This document shows, in pieces, positions 1 to 10,970 of a DNA stretch of 24,518 nt. The notes below the pieces were generated by a model. The model saw only the letters and a list, made by a program, of their open reading frames with translations. It did not search any database and was not told where the DNA came from. The translations under genes and the position numbers were made by a program. The first letter of the stretch is position 1. Every line of letters begins with the position of its first letter. This stretch comes from Saprolegnia diclina VS20 (Eukaryota): NCBI RefSeq assembly GCF_000281045.1, contig NW_008246107.1:189758-214275 (forward strand), written 5' to 3'.

Positions 1-265
1 TTAAGATGTTACGATGGAAAGGCGGTGAGCCCTAGCCCTTACCACAACCCTAAATGTAACGACGCCGCCAAGGATGCTATCGACGGTACGAGTAAATTCG
101 CAAGCTATACGCGCAAGAGTGGTCCCATCGATGGATCTGATATTTCGCATCTGGTCATTCAATGTACTGTGGTGCGCGTGAGACGACAATTGTGGACCGT
201 CCACCTCGACCAGATGCGCAACACGTCGCCGTACAGCACATAAGAGTGGTTTGAACACAGCGAAT

Positions 266-3200
266 CTACGTCTCGGTCGCGTCGTCGGGCGTGGAGTCGG
301 GCAGCGGCCCCATGCCGAGCTTGGCCACGGCGCGGAGGCGCGTCGCTTCCGAGAGGTACTGGCGGAACGCGACAGTGGCTTCCGTCACGTGCGCAAGTCC
401 GATCGACTCGTCGCCTACGTCAGCATCAGCGTCCAAATCTTGGATACATCGTAGAGTACTCTGGCCGTTCTGGAGCACGATGAGCCGCTGCATCTTGTGC
501 TGCACCGCCTTAAACTTGTCTTCGAGGTCCAATGCATCGTTGGCGGCAAAGTGGTCGGCCTTCACGAGCACCGAGAGCCGGCTCCGGCGTCGGTTCTGTT
601 CGAGCGTCAAGGCATCGGACGCGTCGACGGCCTTCATTGCGTGCTCGACGTCGTTCTTGACGCCAATGGCCTTGAGCTCGTCGAGGAGGCTCTTGCCAGA
701 CGCTTCGTACGGCGCCCAAAACGACATCTACTCGATCGGTTTGTCGCCAACAACCCCCAGCATACGTACGAGAAGGTAAACGAGCTGACCAAAGTTGGGT
801 GGCGGCAGCAGCTGCAGCTCCGAGATGGCGATTTCTACGCACATTTCACGGAATCGAACCGACGACAACGTTAGTACCGTGGCAAGCGATCGGAAAGACG
901 TGCGCTACGATGCGGTCGAGCATCGAGAGGTGCGGTGTCGACGCAGTGGTCGCGGTGGCGGCGCCTTGCAGCACCTTGCGAAGCACCTGCGCGCCTTCGA
1001 CCTCGGAGACGCTCAAGCCGCTGCGCCGAAAGACGACGAGGAGCTGGTCGAGCGAGAGATACCCGTCGCTTGCGAGCAAGTCCTTGTCGGCAATGCACAT
1101 GACGCGCACTTGGCCCATCCGGTCCAAGACGTGACGTCGCCACTCCTCCAACAGAAAGAGTAACAGTCTACAGTGTTGGTGCGTAACACCTTGATACATT
1201 GATACTATAGCGTACCCGTCGGCGTCCGACGTCTTGGGCTGCAAACTCATGTGCTCGAGCTCACGCAGTCGCCCGAGCATCCGATCGTGGTTTTCGACGT
1301 CCACCTATTGCATTCGATATGGACATGCAGCGCTTTTCCTATGGCTCCTGCAATCCATACCGAGCCAAAGAAGGCTTGGATGAGGCACACGGCATCTTCG
1401 TGCTTGACGTACTCGTACTCGGTGCCCACGTCCGGCTAGGTCGTGTCCATCGTATACATGCAGAAATCCATAGGCAAATCGTACGTGGAGAAGCGGAAAC
1501 GTGTGGTACCCGGCGTGGAGCACCATGTTGATGAAGTTGAACGCTTGGGGAGACCCGTAGTAGACGTCTTCGCCGCTCGCGCCCATGCCGCAGAGCTGCG
1601 AGAAGAGCAGAATGCGCGCGTGGGACATGACCAGCGTCCGTGTATTGACAAACACATCGTGAATGACCTTCTCGGCCTCCCACCTAATGCGCAACATATA
1701 TATATTGGACTCGTATTGTCCAATATAAACGTACCGGGACCCAAAGCGCGCCATAAAGTAGTCGTACACAAATTCGATGAACGGTTGGTGGTCGGACGAC
1801 TCTTCGACTTCGGCGCGCGCGCGGATGAGATCTGAGATAACGCAAAGAAGCCACTTGGTCGACCGCACGACGTGCCGGCTGCGGTAGCTCGTCTTGCCGC
1901 TGCCGTACCCGTCGTGCATGAGCTCGCGCATGTTGAGGGGCACGCCTTGGTCGCGCTTGAGCCGCGCGCGGAACGCCCGCTGGAGCCGGTGGATCGCGAG
2001 CTTTTTGCGCACCATACTCAGCAAGCGCTCGCCGCTATACCCAGCAAACACATCAAGCACCATACGAGGCAGTGTCATCGTACGCGTGGTGGGTCGCATG
2101 CGGCGGGCCGTCGCGCGTCGCGTCGAGGTCGCCGACGAGGAGCTTGTCGAGCCGTCGCAGCGCGGTCGGCGGTAACTCGAACGTGCCACTAAGTTCTGTG
2201 CGCGTGAGCCAGTGCCAGAGGTGGAACGTGGCCGCGCGGTGGTAGGCGGCAAGGGCGCGGAAGCCGTCAATGACCGCGCCCCGTCCTTCGCGCAGATATC
2301 CGGATGTCTAAAAATAGATTATCGAACGCCATAAAAAATCGAAGCCGCTTCACCTCGGCCAGCGCCTGTCGGGCCAGCGCCTGTGTGTACGGCGGGAGCG
2401 TGCTCACAAGCGCATACAGGTCGTTCTCGTACAGCGTGTAGTGCTTGGCGACGAGCGACCCGAGGTGCGCGTGGGGCGAGTTGATGCGCGGCGCCGCGAG
2501 CACGCCGGGCGATGCCAAGCACATGCACTGCGCAAAGAACTGGCGCTCCTCGGCCGTGTCGATGAACGCGTCAAAGGTCACGTGGCCGCCGCCGCGGTCG
2601 TACGAGAGGCGGAAGTACGAGACGATCGTCGCGCAGCTCACGTCGGCTTGCAGCGTGAGCATCATGGCCCGGAACTGCTCCATGTCCATCTCGGCGTTGC
2701 TCGAGTGCCCGAGGACATCGTCGTTCGCATCATTGGCCGGCGCGTGGTTGGACGACGCGGTTTGAAACATGAGCCGAATCGCTGCGCGGCGGTGGGCTTG
2801 CTCTTCCCGGTACTCCTACATTGTCACGGTGTCATGGAGGGAGCGTTGGCGGGAGCGACACCTGCAGCATGAGCTGGAGCCAGTGGTGGGCGTCCACAAA
2901 CGGTGGCGTCTCGTTGAGGCTGGCGCTGGACTCGCCGTCCGGCAGCGTCGACACCGACAGCGCCTTGAGCTTGAGGTCAAAGTCCACGCGCTCTTCGGCG
3001 GTCGCCTGCACTGCATTTAGAACAAACAATGGATACCACGGACCTTGATGAGCACGATGGCTGTGGCCTGCGACGCGAGCGTCAGCGGGATCCAGACCAC
3101 GCGGGGCACTTGGACGATCTCGCCCGTGATGCTCGCGTGCGCTGTCCACTCGGAGGCAAAGGCCTCGTAGTGCGGCGTGCGTCGAAGCGGGCTCCAGCGA

Positions 3201-5659
3201 AGCTCACCGCGCTCGAGCGCATCGAGCGCTCGAAGGCAGTAGAGCGCAAAGACAAGCTAGGATCCGCGTGATAAAATATCCTGCAAGAGCGAGGATACCT
3301 CGTCGTCGCCGTGCTTTTCGTCCAGGAACGAGAGGAAGAGCTTGGCCTCGACGCAGTCTTTCGATAGCACTTTGGCGCCGTAGTACAAGCACCAGCGCGC
3401 TTCGTCGGCCTATAAGCGACGGTTGAGACGCCTCAGCGAGCAGCGACGTACGCGGGCGTAGGCGTGGTCGCGCTGGTCGGGCGAGAGCAAAGAGAGCTCG
3501 GTTTCGAGCGGACTGAACCAAGTGTAAACAAACTCGGCCATGCGCAGGCGGCCTGAGAGGTTCCCAAGGAAGCAAATGCCGTCGTCTTCCATTTTGGCGG
3601 CCAGCAACGACCGAATGCACCCGAGCGTCCAGCTCACCTCGCGCGTTGGCCGACGCCCCTGGAGGTTGGGGAGTAGAATGCGAAACGACTGACAGTGCAC
3701 TCGCTTGGCCTGCTCCCGGGGCTTGGCCAACGTCGGTGCATACCCACTTCCCGCCATGTTGTCATCGGCGCCTGCCGAGGCAGTGGCCATGCGAGGTGCC
3801 CCATCGTCGCCGTCGTCATCGAGCGACTATCAATTGCGTAAGAACCGACATGGGAGAAGTGTCTTGTCGACGCACCCCTCGGCAACGACGGCAGAGTGCG
3901 GCGCCGTCGTCGGTAGCAGGCGACGCGTCGGGTTCAGGCTTGCCCTTGGAGGCTTGGATCTCGAGGCGAGCGAGCAGTTGCTCTTGGCGCTACGTCTCTC
4001 GTTGAACTGGATATCCATCGGTTGCGTATACATGTAGTAGGTCTTCGATGATCGCCTCCTTCTCTGCAATGACAGAGTGTGCGTCGGCCAAGTCGCGCTC
4101 GAGACCTTGTATCTTGGAGGACGTCAATGTGAGCACTCGCGCGTCTTCGTACCTGGGACGTCTGAGCTTCGGTGGTCATTTCCAGGACCTTGATGCGAGG
4201 AATGAGGCTTCGCAGGCGGTCGACTTCGTCTTTGAGTGCGTCGCATCGCTTCTCGAGCTAAGAAGAATCGTCCACCTCGACTCGCGTAGACCGCTACGTA
4301 CCTTTTGGTTGGCTTCCTTGAGCTCCATGGCGCGGACCTTATCCGAGTCTTCGCGCATCTGCTTGAAGATGCCGTTGAGCGTCTTCATGGTCTCGCTCAT
4401 TTTCGCCACTTGGTCGCGCGCGTCTTGAACCTTGCGGTCGGCCTCGCCACGTTCGTGCTCCATCTAGAGCAAGGTGGAGCTTTGCGCACGTGAGGCGCGC
4501 GCACCTCGCCGCGCAGCGCTTCAAGTGCGTGCTCATAGTCAAAGCGCAGAGCAGCGATCGCCGCTGTGTGCTCGTGGCCGAGGCTCTCGAGCTTGGCGCG
4601 CATGTCGGCCTCGGCTTGCACTGCCCGCGCTTTCACGACCTACATTGCGCGTTGAATGAAGGTCGCTCAGATTTCAGAAAGGCCATACGAGGCTCTCGCC
4701 GAGGAGCGTCTCGAGGTTCGCATACGTCATGGCGTACTGGATGCGCACTTTGCGCAGCAGCGTGCCTTGCTCGAGGAAGGACACCATGAGCATCGCTTCG
4801 AGCTCGCCGATCGTAATGTCGGCCCACTTTTGCTCAAAGACCATGGTCGTCAGTTGGCGGACTTCGGCTTCCGAGACGGACGCCACGTACTGGGCCGACA
4901 CGTGACTCTGCACCTACGCGCTCCGGTCGTTCGATGTGCATGTATTAGCGAGAGTAGAAGAGGACGTACCGACATGTAGTCGCGGTCAATGAGTGCGGTT
5001 TGGCGGTTGCCGTCCCAGTTGATGTGGCCGCTGGCATAGCTCATGGCCGCGTCAAAGCAGTTTTCAAGGTCGACGACGTCGCTGCGCTTGGACGGGCACT
5101 CGAGCCGCAGGTCTACGCGGTCGATTGCATCCTGTATAGGTAGCTACCGAAGTGTACCGCTCGTCCGAAGCGTCTGCCACGTCTTGTTGAGCGACCGAAT
5201 CGCATGCAGCGATGCGTCCATCATGTTTTCGATCGAGTAGATGCGGTACCCGACGCTGTGCTCGGCGTCGGAGGATTGGTTGATCGCATTCGCCGTGCTT
5301 CCTGGCTTGGGTAGCGTTGGCGTCGACCGCGCCTGCGTCATGCGCGGCAGCTGCTTCTTCTTGAGGACGCGTGTGAACGAGAGCGGCGCATCGACGGCCT
5401 CGGCAAAGTCGCGCGTGTTGGTGCGAAAGAGCCCGGACGCGGCGTACGACGGCTGCCCGCTCTTCTTCTCTACTTGGCCGTATAGTACACAAGGACGACT
5501 GAGTCGAATGAAGGTAGTACCGAGAAGAAACTGCTTGATGTCGAACACGCTCGCGTCGTCCGCTGAAGACGCCTCGTGCGTCGCGTGCAGTTGAAAGCTG
5601 CTCTGTCCGATCGAGCTAATGGGCCGGGCGGACTTGTCTTTCCGCGGGCCCGTCGCCAT
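266..5659 (-). CDS. Large multi-exon protein (~1450 aa, 23 exons): axonemal dynein light chain (DNALI1/p28, AXDND1-type)-like segment, coiled coil, IQ-like motif, degenerate EF-hand-like regions; probably flagellar
   Basis: ATG at 5659 (MATGPRKDK), TAG at 268-266. One continuous frame results from removing 22 GT-AG introns of ~38-56 nt (e.g. 5470-5520, 5113-5157, 4914-4969, 4640-4688, 4464-4504, 4258-4301, 1684-1734, 1168-1215, 415-459). The segments CPSKRSDVVDLENCFD and ELEAMLMVSFLEQGTLLRKVRIQYAMTYANLETL resemble the recalled p28 motifs TPATRLDVINLQEKLD and ELIRQVTINCAERGLLLLRVRDE. AIHRLQRAFRARLKR (~1953-1997) is IQ-like. The gene model is more certain than the function. Confidence 0.8.
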
Positions 5660-6025
5660 CGCCAACGACTGTTCCGAGTTCGAAACGCGCTCGATCCAAA
5701 ACGTTTCGAGTCGGTGACGTGGCGCTTGCACACGCCAAGAACTGGGTAGAAGACGAGCTGCACCATACACGTCAAGCGCGGACGATGTACTGTGAAAACG
5801 CGCGAGATATACTCACAGGACGACCTGCTCTCACATCGCTTCTACCTTCCGTGTCATGAGCAAAGAAGAGTGTTGGAGCACAATCGTCCTAGCATATGGC
5901 GTCGCTGTCGTGGACCATGAGAAAGCGGTGATCCCATGTCCGACCTGCGACAGAGGCCGTCCTGTGTAAAGACCATGCACTTTACATCAACCGCAAGGCA
6001 ACGCGCGTCAAGAATAAGTTAGGAG

Positions 6026-6517
6026 TTAGATAAGGGGCTCGTTGGGCCGCAGTCGTTGCGGCGGCTTCATTTCCTCTTCGTCGTCATCATCGAGCATCAT
6101 TCGGTCGTGCTGCCGCTTCCGCGACTGTTCTTCCAGCAGCTCGGCGCGGGTCTCCATGCGGGCGGCGCGCGCCGCGACCGCGTCGAGGCAAAAGGCGGCA
6201 ATGTCCTTGACGTCGTACTTGGCCTGCTTGAGCAGCTGGATGCGTTCAAAGTGGTCAAACTTGCGCACGACGCCCGTGACGTTGGCGACAGCCGTCGTCC
6301 GCGCGCGCCAGTGGCGTCGTGCGAGGCCGATCGGCGGGCCTGTCGCGGTCGGCACGGCGGAGCCGCCGTAGTCGACTTTGAACTCAAAGGTGGTCACGGT
6401 CGAGAATTGGACTTGTTTGCGCCGAAGAAAGTACATGCGCTGGGCGAGGTCGCTGTTGGCGCGCACGTAGCGCCGGATCGGCGGCAGCATCGGCGCCGGC
6501 GCCGCAGCCGAGGCCAT
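6026..6517 (-). CDS. CSRNP N-terminal-domain-like protein (163 aa, single exon)
   Basis: KQVQFSTVTTFEFKVDYGGSAVPTATGPPIGLARRH resembles the CSRNP motif V-x-F-x-x-V-T-V-F-Y-F...SVP..GG..LGM..H, followed by a charged helical tail. Start placed at ATG 6517; an in-frame ATG at 6595 is an alternative. Confidence 0.7.
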   Translation of the reverse strand: MASAAAPAPMLPPIRRYVRANSDLAQRMYFLRRKQVQFSTVTTFEFKVDYGGSAVPTATGPPIGLARRHWRARTTAVANVTGVVRKFDHFERIQLLKQAKYDVKDIAAFCLDAVAARAARMETRAELLEEQSRKRQHDRMMLDDDDEEEMKPPQRLRPNEPLI

Positions 6518-6690
6518 GCTTGGGTGACAAGATGATGTGGGAAATGCTGCCTTCTTCAGCAACAGCAACGACGACGAGGTTCGGCGGGCTGTCATGCCAT
6601 TCGGGCGGCGGCTCCCGATACAAAACCCAAGTATAACGCTCGAAAGACGGGGCGGTTGACGTAGAAAGTTGAACCTGAGCCCACCCGCGG

Positions 6691-6700
6691 AGCCAATCAG
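6691..6700 (+). promoter_or_regulatory. CCAAT box (NF-Y-type AGCCAATCAG)
   Basis: Full match to the RRCCAATCAG consensus. It lies between the CSRNP-like gene start (6517, -) and a candidate divergent ORF (6797, +). Confidence 0.55.
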
Positions 6701-6796
6701 AGCGCGCGGACCAGAGGCGCCGACTTTGCCCTTTGGCTGACCACCGAGGAGGCGCAGCCGCCGGACGTACCGTAATGCTGCAAGAGTAGTAGAGAT

Positions 6797-7189
6797 ATGG
6801 TCGCGAGCCACGACGCGGCCGGCGTCGTGGTCCTCCGCTCGTGCTATGAGCAGGCCGCGGTCGTCGCTGCGTCGGCTTGTTCTTTGTTGCTCGTCTCAGG
6901 GCCGCGCGTCACGACCGACAAGCCAAAGCTGTCGTGGGTCGTCGCGGCCTGTCCGCGCAAAGGACGCATCCTCTTCGTCGTCGTTGGCGGACTTGAGGGC
7001 GCACGGCGAGCCGACGGAGCGGTGCTTGTGGCGAGCGTCCGTCGTCGAGGCGAGCGCGATGCAACAGCTGATGCAGCACGAAGGGACAGGCACCGACTGA
7101 GCTGTGTACTGGGCAGTGGGAAGTGGAGCTGGGTGCGAGCTTGTATGTGGGCGACGTCACGCCTCTTTGGCACGAAGGTCCCACGCTGA
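6797..7189 (+). CDS. Hypothetical protein (130 aa), weakly supported
   Basis: ATG-initiated ORF. Third positions are strongly G/C over roughly the first 65 codons, and a CCAAT box lies ~100 bp upstream. No recognisable domain. Confidence 0.25.
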   Translation: MVASHDAAGVVVLRSCYEQAAVVAASACSLLLVSGPRVTTDKPKLSWVVAACPRKGRILFVVVGGLEGARRADGAVLVASVRRRGERDATADAARRDRHRLSCVLGSGKWSWVRACMWATSRLFGTKVPR

Positions 7190-7495
7190 GCTGGAGCCAC
7201 TCTGGACGCTCATGCATGCTGCTGCTTGCGCTTTTCTGCAGCGTCATTCCACTCACGGGTACTCCACCCACGTTCGATGAGCAGTCGTCGTCGTACTGGC
7301 ACTCAAAGTAGCCTTTTCCATGACGAGCTCTCCCAAGTTAGCGGGCTCGCAAGATGCTGGACCTCACCACTGGCATAGTGCGGCTGCAGGCTGCCGCAGT
7401 GATGACGGTGCCGCAAATCGTAGCGTCAGACCATCTGCAGGCTCGCACTCGAAATTATCACGCATAATACTAGGCGTATATACGAACAACGTAGC

Positions 7496-10400
7496 CTAGT
7501 CGTCCGTGTCGTCCGAGTCGTCGCTGAGGAGGCCGCGGGTAAAGTCGGAGGCGGGGCCGTCGACACGGTGGCGCTGGGCCGTCGACCCAAAGAGGCTGAG
7601 CAACAGCGGCACGAGGGCGAGGCCATGGAGCGCGCCGAGGACGACGATCGAGGCGTACATGCGGAAGAAGTACACCTGGAAGAGCTGCGAGTGGGCAAAG
7701 GCGAGGACGCCGACGCCAACGACCTTGGTGAGTGTAATGCCGCTCACAATCGACGGCCCGACGACCGAGAGCGCGACTTTGGCCCGCTCGAGCTTGGAGC
7801 TCTGAAGCGCCGCAAACGTCGACGCGACATGGATGTTGAACTCGACGCCGAGGCCGACGCACGCGACCAAGTTGACGACCGAGACCTGCGCACCGTCGTA
7901 AACACATAGCAGAAATACGAAGTCCGTACCGCGTTGATGGACGTGTGCAGCGTCGAGCAGAGGTTCCAGAGGTGCACGACGCCGATGAGCGACATGGCCA
8001 TCGAGGCGACGCCCACCGTCACGACGAGGCACGTCCGCAGTTGGTGCGGCAGCAGGAGCGCCAGGCAGACGTAGACGACGCCTACTCGAATTCGAACAGG
8101 ATCATTCGTGTGCGGAGGTACCGAGGGCGAGCAAGACGCTTTGCAGAGCAATGCCTTGGATGGTCAAATACTGGTCGTAGTAGACAAAGTAGAGGCTGTA
8201 GGGGAAGGCCGCGTCGTGCATGGTGGATCTAGCATGACATCTGAGATCTGAGAGTGGTGGGAGTCGACGAGAAGCGTACAGCGGATGGCTCCACTCGGCC
8301 GTGAGCGTCGTGAGGTAGTAGAACGAGTTGATAAGCATCGTCTGGTTGGTCATGGGCGCGACTTGGAATCGCATGCGCGACGCAGCAATCCCTGTCGCGT
8401 TGGCGAGCGTCCTACGCTGAATCTGAATCTCCAAGTTCTTTTTTGAGATTGGAGAAGAGACAATGTAAAGTCAATGTCCATCGCAAACTGAGCGCCGCAG
8501 AGACCGTAGCTCTGGCAACACTGCGACTCGATCGGGATGCGCGTAAACGTTTGGACGAGCGGGTAGTAGAGCTCGAGCGGCGTCGTGTGGGCGCTTGGGT
8601 CGGACGTCTCGAACGGAAACGGGTCCAGCGGCTGCTCGGGACAGTCGCTAAGCTCTACGCATCTTCACCGTCGTACCCCGAGTCTCGAGAGCCAAGACAA
8701 CAACGACCTTGGTCGTGCTTCTCGGCAAGGAACTGGCGCAGTTGCCGCCACTGGTTGAACGTGTTGAGCCAAGACGAGATCGTCGACCCGAGGTAAGGCT
8801 GCAGGAGCGAGAGGTTGTCCAGCAGCTGCAGCGTGCTGGTCTGCACGTGGCCATTTGTAAAGTCAACATCGCGCAGCACCTACTCGAGTGCTTTGAGAAG
8901 CTAAACGAGGCCACTTCGACCGTACAATATAAGCCGGTGGGCCCGCGTCGCCGTACTTGGTCTGCGCTTCAAAGTAGTCGTGGAGGTAGAAGTCGGTCGG
9001 GATCGCCAGCGTCTGCTCGAGACCCATGGGGATCTGCGTGAACGCATATGCGCTCCAGGCGAGCCACCCGAGCCAGAGTCCGAGCTACGCAATACTCATA
9101 GTTGCATCCAATATATAGAGAACTCACCACAAGGGTCTTGGTGCGGCGCGAAAACAAGGTCGGGATCCAGCGCGTGTCTAGGAAGGACTGCACGACGGAC
9201 GCAGTTTCGCCGTCCTCAAAGTCCTCCGAGTAGGCTCGGATCTGCCGGTTCTTGTCGGGGCTGAGCACATACGGCTTCTTCATGCACGGCATCAAGTCGT
9301 ACCGACGCGCCTGTGTCACGCATCATTAGGTATACAGCAATGCGGCGGCGGACGTACGCGCACACGCCGCGCGTCAATGGCCAAGGCCGCTGCAAACCAC
9401 GTTATCTGCAGCACATAGTCGGCGACGACGGCGAGGGCGGCGACGATGCAAAACGACTCGAGCGCCGGGATCTTGGTGTACGCCCCCACGAGGAACGCGA
9501 GCGACTCGGAGACCGCGGCCACCTACAACTGACATGCCACCTCGTCGCAGGAAGATGCCGGTACCGTGATGGACGGACCGACGTTGGCCATCGCGTCGCC
9601 AAGGAGCTGCGGCAGTGAGGTAAACTCTACATGCGTCAACTAGGCGACAAAAGAGGGTGCACAGCGTACCACGGGGGATGTGTGTCTGCGCGCGGAGCAC
9701 GCGGTCGAGTTCGTTGGTGAGAATGAACATGTTGTCGACGCCGATGGCGAGGATGAGGAAGGGCACGACCTCGAGCGTGATCATGGTAATGTCGATACGA
9801 AGCACGCTGACCGCAATGCCTACCCCGAACGGTCGATACATTGATACTAAACGCATTTCGGTACCAAACGCGATGCCCATGGACGCAATCACGATCGAGA
9901 TGCCCCAGAGCCCGAGCACGTAGCGCGACTTGACTGTGTCCAGCGGCTTGCCGAGCGCCATGGCCACGTAGACGAACATGAGGAGGTAGCTCAAGACGAC
10001 GATGAACGCGTTTTGCTGCGTCTCGACCGTCAGCGCGTCTTCCACGGAGCGCTGGGCCATCGACTCGACGACGAGCCCGACCTTGGAGACGTACGTCGAA
10101 GCAACATGCAAAAAGACTTGCTCTTCCCACGCCTTGGCGCGGGCCTGCGCCGCCGGGTGCATGTCGTTGGTCTATCCGATCGTCAAGACCATAGCTTGCG
10201 GATCAACATGGAAGCTGTGACGTACGAGGAGGAAGGTTACTATGAGCGCGGTCGCGCGGGGCGTGGGATCGCCGCACGGATCCGGGTTCTTGTGGCAGCT
10301 GTCGGTCGAGAGCCCGCCAAAGACGACGTCGCGCATGACGGGGACGCCGTTTTGGTCCATGCAAGGTGAAAAGGACGCAAGCTATATGCATCGATGGTAA

Positions 10401-10970
10401 GAAGACAAGGAAGACATGGAACTCCTTGCGTACGTCGGGATGTGTCGTTTGGCATGCAATCGTGAGCTTGATGTCGGGGTCTGAGGCAACGAGCGTGACG
10501 TCGCCGCGCCAGTACTGCATCGGGCTCTCGACGAGGCAGCCTTTGCCTGGAATGGGCCGAAAGCAGAGATCGTCGAGGCTAATCATTTCGTTGCCGAGCG
10601 TCGCGTTCGTGGTCATGATGCGGTGCTGGAGCTCGCCGACCTCGGCGAGGAAGGCCTTGGTGATGACGTCGTTGTCGCTGCCGTTGGGCAAGTGGAAGAT
10701 GAGCTGCTCGATGCGGAAGAACGGCCCAAAGTGCTCGTCAAAGAAGCGCTGCTGCATGGCCGACGTCGACGTCGGTGGCACCCACAGCTTTTGCGGCTCG
10801 TTCTGGATGGTCATGTGCAGCACGCCGAGCGAGCCGAGGATGCTGGCGCCAATGGCCATGGCCATCACAGTCCACGGGCGCGCGCCGCAGAAGCTTCCGA
10901 GCGCCTGCAGCCCGCGCTGGAGCACCGACCGCTCCTTCGCGCGGGTCGACCTGGTCGAGCGGAACGCCAT
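7496..10970 (-). CDS. NPC1: Niemann-Pick C1-like sterol transporter (Patched/RND family, sterol-sensing domain), ~950 aa, 14 exons, apparently lacking the NTD and TM1
   Basis: NPC1 motifs: LWVPPTS...FFDEHFGPFFRIEQLIF, LDDLCFRP, SSD LEVVPFLILAIGVDNMFIL, VGPSIT, FPYSLYFVYYDQYLTI, VNLVACVGLGVEFNIHV, GITLTKVVGVGVLAFAHSQLFQVYFFRMY. Removing 13 GT-AG introns keeps the frame from ATG 10970 to TAG 7498-7496. Confidence 0.93.

Noticed and set aside
46..54. Telomere-like AACCCTAAA
   Set aside because: Single copy, consistent with chance.
7496..7540. Acidic dileucine lysosomal sorting signal in the NPC1 tail (SDFTRGLL)
   Set aside because: Spacing is D-x4-LL rather than the canonical [DE]-x3-L[LI]; suggestive only.
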